Virus record (IMG/VR): IMGVR_UViG_3300045988_178671
Coordinates: 1 to 63,082 of that record
Direction: 5' to 3' (one strand)
DNA length: 63,082 nt
Origin: a virus
Under the pieces are notes generated by a model. It did no database searches and was not told the DNA's origin. It saw only the letters and a list, made by a program, of their open reading frames with translations. The translations under genes and the position numbers were made by a program. Positions 9,633-18,371 of the stretch are shown piece by piece; position 1 is the first letter of the stretch; the number at the start of each line of letters is the position of its first letter.

Positions 9633-10754
9633 TTAGGCGGCCGGAACGGTCGCTTTGGCCCAAACGCTACCGATAACGGTAAGCGCGGCGCGGGACTCAA
9701 AGAGGTAAGCCTCTTTGTTCTCTTGGAAAAGATGATGGGTAGTAGATCCGTCCACCACTTCGGCGGTTTCGCTATATCTGACCGTCATATCCGTTCTCGG
9801 CGAAAAGATAATGTTGTTCAAATCGCCGAACACAGCATTGCGCGCACCGATAAGCGCGGTTTCCACAGGCTCAACGGCAGAGCCGTCAATGCGCATTTCG
9901 CCTTCTTCGTAATACAACCACGCAGGCGCGGCAGAACGACTCAACGAGGCCAATTCACCATAAAGCGCGGTATCGATGAAGAAAGAGCCGCTGGCGCGGA
10001 CGTGATCCGGCACGGCCATTTTAAGGGCCAGCAAGCTGGAAACGGAGGCAACCGTCGGATTAAGAACGCCGGAAGCGGTCAAAATGCCCGGGTTTTCATC
10101 GCCGTTGCCGTTAAAGATCCAGTTGTTGTAGTATTCCACGAAGGCCGGGGCGATAATATCGGGCAATAAGCGGGCCATATCAATCGCGCTATCTTCCGCC
10201 AATTCTTTGGTTAAAACCACGATAGCGGCGGCTTTTACTAATACCTGCGTAAACTGTCCAAACACCGGGTTAGATACGGGTTTAGAAGCACCTTCGCCGA
10301 CTTTGGAAACATTCGGGCGAGCCGCTAAGTTAGGGATTTGGCGGGTGTTACCGTCCAAGCCCCAAGGCAAAATGCGGGTGCGGCTGATGAAAGAAGGCTG
10401 TTTGGCGAGCAAATCAACCAAGGTTGGAACAAAACCTTCCGGCACTAAGTAAGAGCCGGGAGTCGCACCAGCCTGCAAGGCGGCCTTGGTAGCACCAAAG
10501 CGGGCAGCTTTAACATCGTTCAAAAAGGATTTGATTTTGCTGTTCAATTCCTTTTCATCGGCTTTTTTGCCAGCAGGAACAAAAGAAATATCCTGCATAT
10601 TTTTTTGAGAAGCAACCTGCGCTTCCAGTTCCGCTACTTTTTGCATAGCGGCTTTTGCGTTTTCGTCGGACTTGGCGGCGGCGGAAAGCACATCGTCAAG
10701 TTTAGCGTTTAACGCGTCCAGCCCATTTTGGGCGTTTTTCACTTGTTCTTCCAT
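9633..10754 (-). CDS. Major capsid protein, HK97 family, 373 aa, with N-terminal coiled-coil delta domain
   Basis: Coiled-coil N-terminus followed by an HK97-fold-like region; directly downstream of the prohead protease. Confidence 0.8.
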   Translation of the reverse strand: MEEQVKNAQNGLDALNAKLDDVLSAAAKSDENAKAAMQKVAELEAQVASQKNMQDISFVPAGKKADEKELNSKIKSFLNDVKAARFGATKAALQAGATPGSYLVPEGFVPTLVDLLAKQPSFISRTRILPWGLDGNTRQIPNLAARPNVSKVGEGASKPVSNPVFGQFTQVLVKAAAIVVLTKELAEDSAIDMARLLPDIIAPAFVEYYNNWIFNGNGDENPGILTASGVLNPTVASVSSLLALKMAVPDHVRASGSFFIDTALYGELASLSRSAAPAWLYYEEGEMRIDGSAVEPVETALIGARNAVFGDLNNIIFSPRTDMTVRYSETAEVVDGSTTHHLFQENKEAYLFESRAALTVIGSVWAKATVPAA

Positions 10755-10760
10755 TATTAG

Positions 10761-11453
10761 TTACTCCTTGCCCTGTTTCGGGCCTTTAAGTTTTGCTTCA
10801 AACTGTTTGATTTTGTTTTGGGCCTCAAAAACAAACATCTTTTCTAATGCCTGTTCTACCGCTTGCGCTTCTTCGGCTTTGGCTTCGGTGTCCGCTTGCT
10901 TAGCCTCTTGCGCTTGCGGTTTATCCTCGGGTTTTGCGGTTTCCGGCTCCGTGGTTTCTTCCGCGTTTTTTCTTTCGGTAAAAGTAGCGTTAGGGTCTGC
11001 CGGAATTGCCACAAGGGAAATTTCGTAAATTTTGGCGAGGGTCAGGTGGCTTTCGTTTAATTTGTCCTCATAAAACCACGTCCCGCCGATAGAAACTGTT
11101 TTCAAAAACCCTTCTTCAATGAGTTTTCGGGCGTGCGCTACTTCCGGCAAAGCACTATTAGACAGGGTGGCTTCAAAGTAGAGGCCTTTTTCGTCCTCGT
11201 GGATTTCGGTTACACCCCCGGCAATGTTTTTAACGGTTCCCCAATGGTCAAGCATTAAAACAGGATTTTTCTTGTAATCTTCCAATTCATACACATAATT
11301 GCGGCCGAAAGGCATAGGAATGTCCCCGTATCTGTCGGCTACATACTTTGTATTTGCGTACCCGCTAATGCGTACTACGCCGCCCTCAGATACCGCCTTT
11401 ACTTCTGCAATATCGAAGGACTTTTTACCCGTAAAGGTTTTACAGTTTTCCAT
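10761..11453 (-). CDS. Prohead protease (HK97 family) with acidic C-terminal tail, 230 aa
   Basis: HK97 protease-like N-terminal domain (GYANTKYVADRYGD...LDHW); sits between portal and capsid. Confidence 0.75.
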   Translation of the reverse strand: MENCKTFTGKKSFDIAEVKAVSEGGVVRISGYANTKYVADRYGDIPMPFGRNYVYELEDYKKNPVLMLDHWGTVKNIAGGVTEIHEDEKGLYFEATLSNSALPEVAHARKLIEEGFLKTVSIGGTWFYEDKLNESHLTLAKIYEISLVAIPADPNATFTERKNAEETTEPETAKPEDKPQAQEAKQADTEAKAEEAQAVEQALEKMFVFEAQNKIKQFEAKLKGPKQGKE

Positions 11454-13508
11454 TTATTCTTCCTCCAAAACTTGCGGCCCTATATCGCATAAGCAATTAA
11501 TGTCCTGATCTGCAAGTCCAAATCTGCCCGGGGCTTCTGTTTCGTCGCCCGTAATCGGGTTTATAAAAAGTTCATTGATACCCACAGTTTGCCCGTCCAT
11601 TTCTAAATGCCCTACATGGTGGTCGATAACGCCCTTTGTAGAGATCCACTTTTTGCCAGTTACATACGGGGTAGAACGGTAGGCGTCAAGCGCACTTTCG
11701 CTAATCGTGGCTAAGGTTTCGGTTTGAACAATGGTCCGCACGCGATTATACACGGTCTGCCCGTTTGCGTCGTCCGTTGGCTCGTAGCCGTTTTCAGAGA
11801 AGAAAGCCAATACCGCGCGGTTTATGGTTTCGTTGCTTTCCCCGTTTTTGACTAAGGTTTTAATGATAGCGTCTAAATCTTTAAGGGTGGTATGTTCAAT
11901 ACTGTCGGCCCATTTAAGCGCGTATTTCTCGGCCCAAAATCTAACGCGGTCTTGCATATCCTTTTTGCCCGTAAATCTAAAATCTTTGTTCGGGTTAAGG
12001 CTCTGTACGTACCCCTTTTCAAATTCAAGCCCTGCGTTAAAAATGGTAGAAAGCGCGGGTATTTTAAGCAGAAGCAAGGCTTTAACTTGGTCTTTTTGGC
12101 TTCCAAATACTGCGTCATAGGTTAGTGCGGTGTCTTTGTTCCCGTTTTCTAACCAGTCTTTAACCAGTTTATGCTGATTGGAGAAATGCTTCTTCATCGC
12201 TTCTTCCATAACCGGTCCTAGTTCTTCATAAAGTTTTAATTTAGCGGCTTTATGGGCGCGTTGCTGTGCGTCCGTAGGCTCGATAATGCGCAATTTCTTA
12301 ACGCCCTTATGTTGCATAGCAGGGGCAGACAAAGAGCCAAACGCCGAAAGAATAGGATCCGGCACTTCATCGCCGCCGGCTACATCAGAGAAAGGCAAGC
12401 CCAAGGCCCTTTTGCATTCATTAAGCGGGAATTTCTGCGCCAAAATCTGCAAGGCCTGCGCTTTGGTAAGCCAGTCTTCCTCTAACGCTTTTACGCGGCT
12501 GAAATCATAGGCCATATATACGCTTTCGTCTTTGTAGAAATCCGGGATAAGGTTTTCATTAATCGCGTCAGACAGCAGGCGCATAAGCGGGATAATGGTT
12601 GTTTCGTAGAAAATCTTTTGTTGTTCTTTGGTGTTAAACTGCGGGGCAAATTCAAACAAGCCCACCAAGGCAGGAGGCACGCCCATAGCAGAGAAAATTT
12701 GTTGTTGGCTGTATCTCTGCCCTTCGGCAAATTCCATATCTTTATGGGAAGTTTTGAAGCTCTCGTACTTGCCGCCCTGTTCCAAAATAGCGGTGCGGTG
12801 TGCTTTTTCGGCCCCGGCGTGCATATCATTAAACGCGCGCAGGATTTCTTCTTTATCTTCCTTGCGTACGCCGCGCACGCCTTCCGAGAACGTGATAACG
12901 CCGCCAACGCTTGCCCCGTTCTTAAAGAAGGCAAGGTTAAACACTTTTGCCGCGTTCATAATTTCCGCGTCTAGTTCGCACAGTTTGGCGCGCGGGAAGC
13001 CCTCAAATAAGTCATAGGCGTTCCCTTCGTAGATGTGGATAATGTCGGTAAGTTCAAAGTTTGTAGCTCCGTTTGTGGTGGTTACGCGGTAGCCGATAGG
13101 ATAGCCGCGGCCGTCTTTACGGATAGACACGCAGGGCGCAGGGATAGGGATTAAAGAAGTAGGGCGGCCCCGGTTATCGCGGCCGTTTTTAAGAAAATAG
13201 ACGTTGCCATAAATAAGCATTTGGCACGCGTAGATTTGCTTAAAGATGTTCTCGTTAAAGTAAGGCGAAGGCTGATAAAGCAGATCAAGCAGAGGGTCTT
13301 TGGTTTTGCGTTCGTAGGAAACTTCTTCACCGTCTGCTTTATAAAGTTTTAGTTCCCCGTTACAGCAAGCCGTGGCAATAGCGCGGATATTGGTCGCTAA
13401 AAAGCTATTTGGCCCGGCTTTGATGTTAGGCCCGCCGAATATGATTTGCCATACGCGGCCTGCGCCGGAAGTAAAAAATTTCTGTTTTAGTTTTTGTAAG
13501 ATGTTCAT
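11454..13508 (-). CDS. Portal protein fused to a MuF / SPP1 gp7-like head morphogenesis domain, 684 aa
   Basis: N-terminal about 400 aa is portal-like. The C-terminus carries the MuF-type motif VIDHHVGHLEMDGQ...FGLADQDINCLCDIGP. Confidence 0.75.
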   Translation of the reverse strand: MNILQKLKQKFFTSGAGRVWQIIFGGPNIKAGPNSFLATNIRAIATACCNGELKLYKADGEEVSYERKTKDPLLDLLYQPSPYFNENIFKQIYACQMLIYGNVYFLKNGRDNRGRPTSLIPIPAPCVSIRKDGRGYPIGYRVTTTNGATNFELTDIIHIYEGNAYDLFEGFPRAKLCELDAEIMNAAKVFNLAFFKNGASVGGVITFSEGVRGVRKEDKEEILRAFNDMHAGAEKAHRTAILEQGGKYESFKTSHKDMEFAEGQRYSQQQIFSAMGVPPALVGLFEFAPQFNTKEQQKIFYETTIIPLMRLLSDAINENLIPDFYKDESVYMAYDFSRVKALEEDWLTKAQALQILAQKFPLNECKRALGLPFSDVAGGDEVPDPILSAFGSLSAPAMQHKGVKKLRIIEPTDAQQRAHKAAKLKLYEELGPVMEEAMKKHFSNQHKLVKDWLENGNKDTALTYDAVFGSQKDQVKALLLLKIPALSTIFNAGLEFEKGYVQSLNPNKDFRFTGKKDMQDRVRFWAEKYALKWADSIEHTTLKDLDAIIKTLVKNGESNETINRAVLAFFSENGYEPTDDANGQTVYNRVRTIVQTETLATISESALDAYRSTPYVTGKKWISTKGVIDHHVGHLEMDGQTVGINELFINPITGDETEAPGRFGLADQDINCLCDIGPQVLEEE

Positions 13509-13511
13509 TTC

Positions 13512-14729
13512 CTATACCGTTAAAAATGTCCTGTTTGCCTGCTTGTCGTACTCATACACCGCGTACCTAACCGCGGCAATAGCGTCATCGTGTTGCTTAT
13601 TTGGCTCTAATTTGTCTAGGTACTCGCCCTGCAAGTTCTTTTTCCATTCGTACCCGTCAAATTCTTCCTGCAAATTCTTACTGTCCTTATGAATAAAAAT
13701 CTTGTACTTTTTAACCGTGTTAATCATTCCTACCACGCCCGCGCGCTTATCTGAGGGGTGTACATTGTAGCCCGCCAAAAAAATATCATCTATGCGATCC
13801 GGCTCCGCGCAGTCTGCTATGATTTCCGTTTCCTTGCTTACTTCGGCCCCGTCCATAAGTTCTATTAGTTCGGTGTTGGTTATGTGCCGTTTATAGAGGA
13901 TTTCTGACAAGTAAACTTCATTCTCTCTAAACTGCGCACGGATTAAGGCCGTAGCGTGGTTATAACCGAAGTCCAGCCCCAAAAATTCACCGTCAAAGTG
14001 TTTTGGTGCCGTACTGTTATCGTACAACTGCCATTTTTCAAATATCCGCCCTTCTGTTTGCCCCCATTCGCCCAGTACAAGCATTTTGTAAAGCCGGGGG
14101 TTTGTTTCCTTCATAGCCAAAAGGCTTTTAACGTATTCCGCAGAAAGAAAGGGATTATCTTTGTAAGTGCTATTAATCAAGGCCACTCCCTTTTGCGGTA
14201 ACAGTTTTGTTTTAATCCAGCCCCTAGCATCGCCGGGGTTAAGGCTTAAAATCGTTTGGTTTTGCTCCCAGCCCTCCGGCTTCGGTGCGCTTAAACGTGT
14301 TAGCAGAAAGCTATAATCGTCATAAGTGAAGTCGGTCGCTTCTTCCAGCCAAATGATATTGAACTCGGTAGATTTAATCTTATCAACGTCATCAAGGCCG
14401 AAAAATAGAATATCGCTTTGCTTTGGGTTTCTATCTTTCAAATCAAACTGGTAAAAGCGTTCCGATTTGTTAAAGTTATCCCTATCATAAACCCCAAAAT
14501 CAGCCAAGGCGGATAAGAATTGCTTTATCACGCTGTGCTGTAAGGTGCTGGCTATTTTGCGGCATATCCCAATATGTAGCCCCGGGTGTTGCAGGGCGTA
14601 GGATATAAGGCATTGCCTGATAGAGTAGCTTTTGCTAGAACGCACGCTTCCAACATTTACAACCGTCGGAGCGGGGTTTCTATAATTCTTTTCAAAGACC
14701 GTAGTACAAGCTATTTTCTTGGCTTGCAT
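13512..14729 (-). CDS. Terminase large subunit, 405 aa
   Basis: Walker A-like VGSVRSSKS; C-terminal nuclease-like acidic residues; directly upstream of the portal. Confidence 0.8.
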   Translation of the reverse strand: MQAKKIACTTVFEKNYRNPAPTVVNVGSVRSSKSYSIRQCLISYALQHPGLHIGICRKIASTLQHSVIKQFLSALADFGVYDRDNFNKSERFYQFDLKDRNPKQSDILFFGLDDVDKIKSTEFNIIWLEEATDFTYDDYSFLLTRLSAPKPEGWEQNQTILSLNPGDARGWIKTKLLPQKGVALINSTYKDNPFLSAEYVKSLLAMKETNPRLYKMLVLGEWGQTEGRIFEKWQLYDNSTAPKHFDGEFLGLDFGYNHATALIRAQFRENEVYLSEILYKRHITNTELIELMDGAEVSKETEIIADCAEPDRIDDIFLAGYNVHPSDKRAGVVGMINTVKKYKIFIHKDSKNLQEEFDGYEWKKNLQGEYLDKLEPNKQHDDAIAAVRYAVYEYDKQANRTFLTV

Positions 14730-14735
14730 AAAACT

Positions 14736-15143
14736 TCACTTCTTTTTTTCTTTCACAATTTCAAACACAAAGTTGCGCGGCTCTACATCTAGGGCCACTT
14801 CTTTGCGCTCTACATAAAGGCCCATAACCTTGCCTATAAGCTCTTCGCACTTAATAGCGGACGAGTGTTGCTTGTCTTTAAGCGAAAGACCTTTAAGCCG
14901 CATAAGTTCGGCAACGTGTTGCTCTAAGGTGTAGTTAAATTTGGCGGCGTTTTTTGCGCCTTCTTTTGCTAATTCTTCTTTGATTTCAGGTTTGTTCAGG
15001 TTTTCCGAGCCGATAGAATAGGCCGTTTTCTTTGAATATCCGGCCTTGCGTGCGGCTTCGGTAGCGTTAGAGGTGCGCAGGTATTCTTTGCAGAATTTAA
15101 CCTGTTTTTTGGTTAGCTTTGTTTTTGTTTTCTTAACAGCCAT
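14736..15143 (-). CDS. Terminase small subunit (Terminase_2-like HTH), about 135 aa from the internal Met
   Basis: KQVKFCKEYLRTSNATEAARKAGYSKKTAY motif. The annotated upstream extension would translate through a terminator hairpin, so I prefer the internal start at 15143. Confidence 0.65.
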   Translation of the reverse strand: MAVKKTKTKLTKKQVKFCKEYLRTSNATEAARKAGYSKKTAYSIGSENLNKPEIKEELAKEGAKNAAKFNYTLEQHVAELMRLKGLSLKDKQHSSAIKCEELIGKVMGLYVERKEVALDVEPRNFVFEIVKEKKK

Positions 15144-15174
15144 AAAAAAGCCCCTCTCGTGATAGAAAGGGGCT
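15144..15174 (-). terminator. Rho-independent terminator on the minus strand, immediately upstream of the small terminase start
   Basis: AGCCCCT / AGGGGCT stem with a 12-nt loop, followed by a U6 tract on the minus-strand transcript. Confidence 0.6.
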
Positions 15175-15253
15175 TTCAAAGCAGTCAAGGCAAAAAATAT
15201 GCCGAAAAACTGCGAGCTTGCCTAGCTCTTAGTTAATCAGCATTTACAATATC

Positions 15254-15282
15254 AGTATAAATACTTTAGCAAAAAAAGTCAA
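15254..15282 (-). promoter_or_regulatory. Near-consensus sigma70 promoter on the minus strand (late-promoter candidate): -35 TTGACT, 17-nt spacer, -10 TATACT
   Basis: Read from the reverse complement of 15254-15282; lies about 80 nt upstream of the terminator and the terS start. Confidence 0.5.
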
Positions 15283-15381
15283 GGGTTTGTATCTTTTTTC
15301 TTTTTAGTGGAATGGCTAAATAGTCTTGTACGGCCTTTGTCATAAACTCTCCAACAGGCAGTTAGATTTTTTCCTTACCTG

Positions 15382-15756
15382 TTAGGCCCCTAAATAATTC
15401 GCCGCGCAACTTTTTGGTCTTGCTTCCGGTGCCAGTTCAAAACTAATACGAACGCCAAAAACCCCCAAAATACGGGAAAGCGTGTCTAAAGACGGGTTGG
15501 CGTTGGCGCCATCTAAGGTGTCATAAATACAAACACGGCTTAAACCGATTTGGCGGGACACTTTGGATACGCCCAACCACTTGACAGCGCGCAGAATACA
15601 GCTAAAGAACAGTTCGCGGTTGCCGTCTTTTTTAAATCCTTTGACCGCCAGCTTAACAAATTCCCGCGCGTCTTCGGCCGTCCATTCCATTTTGGCGTCA
15701 AATTCGTCTTGTGTCAAAAAATCCACTTTGATTTCTGCTTTTTTTGATTTATTCAT
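15382..15756 (-). CDS. Addiction-module antidote protein (HTH antitoxin, HigA-like), 124 aa
   Basis: C-terminal HTH (QIGLSRVCIYDTLDGANANPSLDTLSRIL); 8-nt overlap with the upstream toxin gene. Confidence 0.6.
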   Translation of the reverse strand: MNKSKKAEIKVDFLTQDEFDAKMEWTAEDAREFVKLAVKGFKKDGNRELFFSCILRAVKWLGVSKVSRQIGLSRVCIYDTLDGANANPSLDTLSRILGVFGVRISFELAPEARPKSCAANYLGA

Positions 15757-16072
15757 AAACTTCCCTCCAGACGGTTAAATACCCGCGGGCCTTTTCTATA
15801 TCTTTCTTTTGAGTTCCTTTATCGCCGCCGCAAAGCAAAATAACCAGTTTGTCTCCCTCGTAAGCAAAGTAGATACGCAAGCCGGAAGAAACGTGCAGGC
15901 GGAGTTCCCACAGGCCGCCTTTTAAACTTTTGGCCGCCCCCGTATTGCCGCAGGCCAGCCGCTCTATATACATCGCGGACAAACGCTTCTCTTTAGCGGC
16001 TAACTGCTTCATCCAGTCCAGCACGGGCGTTTTGCCCTGTAAGGTAAAATAGCGTATCTCTTTCATATCCAT
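15749..16072 (-). CDS. Addiction-module killer protein (RelE/ParE superfamily, HigB-like), 107 aa
   Basis: LLCGGDKGTQKKDIEKA motif of this toxin family; toxin-first gene order; an operator-like TTGTAA/TTACAA repeat just upstream. Confidence 0.6.
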   Translation of the reverse strand: MDMKEIRYFTLQGKTPVLDWMKQLAAKEKRLSAMYIERLACGNTGAAKSLKGGLWELRLHVSSGLRIYFAYEGDKLVILLCGGDKGTQKKDIEKARGYLTVWREVYE

Positions 16073-16103
16073 ATTGTAAGTTATAATTTACAATTTTACA
16101 AGT

Positions 16104-16134
16104 AAAAAAAGGGCCTATTTTTTAATCTAGGCCC
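16104..16134 (-). terminator. Rho-independent terminator on the minus strand, closing the cI operon
   Basis: GGGCCTA / TAGGCCC stem followed by a U7 tract on the minus-strand transcript. Confidence 0.6.
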
Positions 16135-16142
16135 TTGTCAAA

Positions 16143-16436
16143 TTATAAGTGGGTGCCAATCGCTTGATTAATGGCAGCTTTCTGCGCAGAGTTTGATGCA
16201 AATAAAGAATTCCAATGTGTGCGCAAAATATCTTCTACGTCAATAGTGTTAATGTTCGTGCCCAAAGAAACGGGGGTGGTTCCTCCGCATTGTTTAAATG
16301 TCTCGACAATACCTTCTATAATGTTATAAATATCGCAAGCGAGCCCATCTAATGTAGGATTTTGCGAACGTTGATTTTTAGGACAAATATTTTTCAATGC
16401 TTTATAAGCATTTATTTTAAATTCCAACCCAGTCAT
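16143..16436 (-). CDS. Hypothetical protein, 97 aa; last gene of the cI operon
   Basis: ORF with a 10-nt gap to the upstream gene; AT-rich. Confidence 0.4.
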   Translation of the reverse strand: MTGLEFKINAYKALKNICPKNQRSQNPTLDGLACDIYNIIEGIVETFKQCGGTTPVSLGTNINTIDVEDILRTHWNSLFASNSAQKAAINQAIGTHL

Positions 16437-16446
16437 ACATCCTCCT

Positions 16447-16692
16447 TTACTTCGTCAGATTTTCAATAATGCAGTCGTAGACTTCTTTGTTGTCCACTTC
16501 CGTTTTTTGGCCCACGGTTGTGCCGGAGTTGTTATTGGCAGCGTTCGCGGCGGCTTTTGTTTCCGCCAGCATACGTTGGGCCGCCGCCTTATTTTCGCAC
16601 AAGGCGTACTGTTTGCGGGTGCCGTTTATCATCAGGCTTCCCCAATACAAGGGCGAGCCGGCGCGTTTATATACTGACGGTAATTTTGCCAT
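16447..16692 (-). CDS. Stand-alone integrase Arm-type (AP2-like) N-terminal DNA-binding domain protein, 81 aa
   Basis: MAKLPSVYKRAGSPLYWGSLMINGTRKQYAL...AAAQRMLAE resembles the N-termini of tyrosine integrases, including both integrases in this window. Confidence 0.4.
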   Translation of the reverse strand: MAKLPSVYKRAGSPLYWGSLMINGTRKQYALCENKAAAQRMLAETKAAANAANNNSGTTVGQKTEVDNKEVYDCIIENLTK

Positions 16693-16740
16693 AGATTAAA
16701 AACCTTTACAACGTTTTCGTTCCGCCATCGTACGGCACGG

Positions 16741-17688
16741 CTATTTTTTAGATAAAAGCCTATCTCCGTAGTTTTCCTTGAGTTCTTGATAAGTGGTGTA
16801 TCCTAAATAGTTCAAATCCCACCTATTTAGAATATCTAGTTTCCCATCCAAAGTTAGAATCACAGCAAAATTCTCATCTTCCAGGGAAATGATATCTGGT
16901 AGCATTAAAAAATTATTCCACACTCCTTTAATATCTAGATATGGACAGTATCTATATTTTTTTAGGTCCATTGTTAAATTCTGGAGGATTTTTTTCTTAT
17001 CTATGTAAACGATTCCGTCTTGTAAATAAGCATATTTATACCAAGCATTCTCTCCGATTAGTCTTGTTTTTATTCTGTGACAGCCAAAAGGGTTTAGTGT
17101 CCAACGCGAAACTCCATAACAAAAATCCTCATTTGCTAAACTTCTATCGACAGCACATCTTAAAAGTTTCGATAACTCGGTTTTTTCTATCAAGTCGCCA
17201 TTAATAAAAATTTGAGTTCCTTTTAAATTTTTAACTTCATCATATATTTTTTTAAAATCATGAAGGTTCTCTTTTTTAAAAGTAACCTCAAAGTTTTTTA
17301 TTTCTTCTGCTACATATTCCTTATACGATGGTAATTTTTTTATAATAGTTAAGGTCCTTTTAAATCCTATGCTTCTGCTTTCTGTCATTCTTAGTGTTAA
17401 TATCCATTCTTTGTTTTGCAGAAAAATAACAGGAGCAGATATATTTTCATTAATTGTAGGTGCTCTTTTTTTAGCCAATGAACAATGTTTTTTATTTATA
17501 AAATCTTCTGAATAGTGTGGTGTCCCATAAAAACCGCCTCTTCCAGTTGTTACCGTGAAAATAACCTCTTCTACCTTCTCTTTTTTGTCTCGAGTTGGCG
17601 TGGAGGTTTTTTGTGACTTCGATGTGCTAACTTTGACGCAAAAAATAATAAAAAAAGCCACACTTAAGACAAATATTAATGGCCCCAT
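16741..17688 (-). CDS. Membrane-anchored protein of unknown function (N-terminal TM helix), 315 aa; translationally coupled to the cI-like repressor
   Basis: TAATG overlap with the repressor stop at 17688; very AT-rich; hydrophobic N-terminus MGPLIFVLSVAFFIIFCV. Confidence 0.5.
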   Translation of the reverse strand: MGPLIFVLSVAFFIIFCVKVSTSKSQKTSTPTRDKKEKVEEVIFTVTTGRGGFYGTPHYSEDFINKKHCSLAKKRAPTINENISAPVIFLQNKEWILTLRMTESRSIGFKRTLTIIKKLPSYKEYVAEEIKNFEVTFKKENLHDFKKIYDEVKNLKGTQIFINGDLIEKTELSKLLRCAVDRSLANEDFCYGVSRWTLNPFGCHRIKTRLIGENAWYKYAYLQDGIVYIDKKKILQNLTMDLKKYRYCPYLDIKGVWNNFLMLPDIISLEDENFAVILTLDGKLDILNRWDLNYLGYTTYQELKENYGDRLLSKK

Positions 17689-18323
17689 TATTTTCGTTCC
17701 TTTTTCTTTTTTACTGGGCGGTAAACATTTACCACCTTGCCGATAATCTCTACGTTTTGAGCAGGTTTGATTATCGAGGTGCAGGCAGGATTATCGGGGA
17801 TTAATTTTACTTCTTTTCCTTTTGGAAAAAATCTTTTTATCGTGCTATATTCATCCTCAATGCGCGCAAGTACAACATCTCCAGGAGTTGCCTCGGCATC
17901 TGGGTCCACAATAATATAATTGCCGTGATAAATTGAATTTTGTGGATCTTCAGGATCTACCATACAATTTCCCTCTACGCGAACAGCAAATTGTTTTTTG
18001 TTTGACTTCTTAATGGGTAAATAACTTTCCAATTCTTCCAGAATAAACTTTTCTTCCGTTGCTGAAGATGTACCTAGAACAGGAATAAGCATTACTTCAT
18101 TTTGGTCTTCCAAGGATAAATTCGTAAAAACATTCTCCAATTCCTCGGGAGTAACTTTTAGCACATTGGCAATCTTTTTAATAGCCGCTTCGCTAGGTTT
18201 TTGCCTTCCAGAAATATAATTTGAAATCAAGGCTTTTGATAAACCTGTTTCCTCTACAAGGCGTGCTTGTGCGCCACGTTCTATTCCATTGTTCCATTTT
18301 TTTAACAAATTTTCAAAACTCAT
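17688..18323 (-). CDS. CI/LexA-like repressor: XRE-type HTH plus S24 peptidase domain, 211 aa. A Cys sits at the nucleophile position (GNCM).
   Basis: N-terminal HTH (LSKALISNYISGRQKPSEAAIKKIANVL). The C-terminus aligns to LexA/lambda CI, with VEGNCM matched to VEGNSM and IKRF matched to VKRL. Confidence 0.75.
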   Translation of the reverse strand: MSFENLLKKWNNGIERGAQARLVEETGLSKALISNYISGRQKPSEAAIKKIANVLKVTPEELENVFTNLSLEDQNEVMLIPVLGTSSATEEKFILEELESYLPIKKSNKKQFAVRVEGNCMVDPEDPQNSIYHGNYIIVDPDAEATPGDVVLARIEDEYSTIKRFFPKGKEVKLIPDNPACTSIIKPAQNVEIIGKVVNVYRPVKKKKERK

Positions 18324-18371
18324 TTTGCTTTACTCTCTCGTCGTAAAATAGGGAAACAACATAACTATCCC

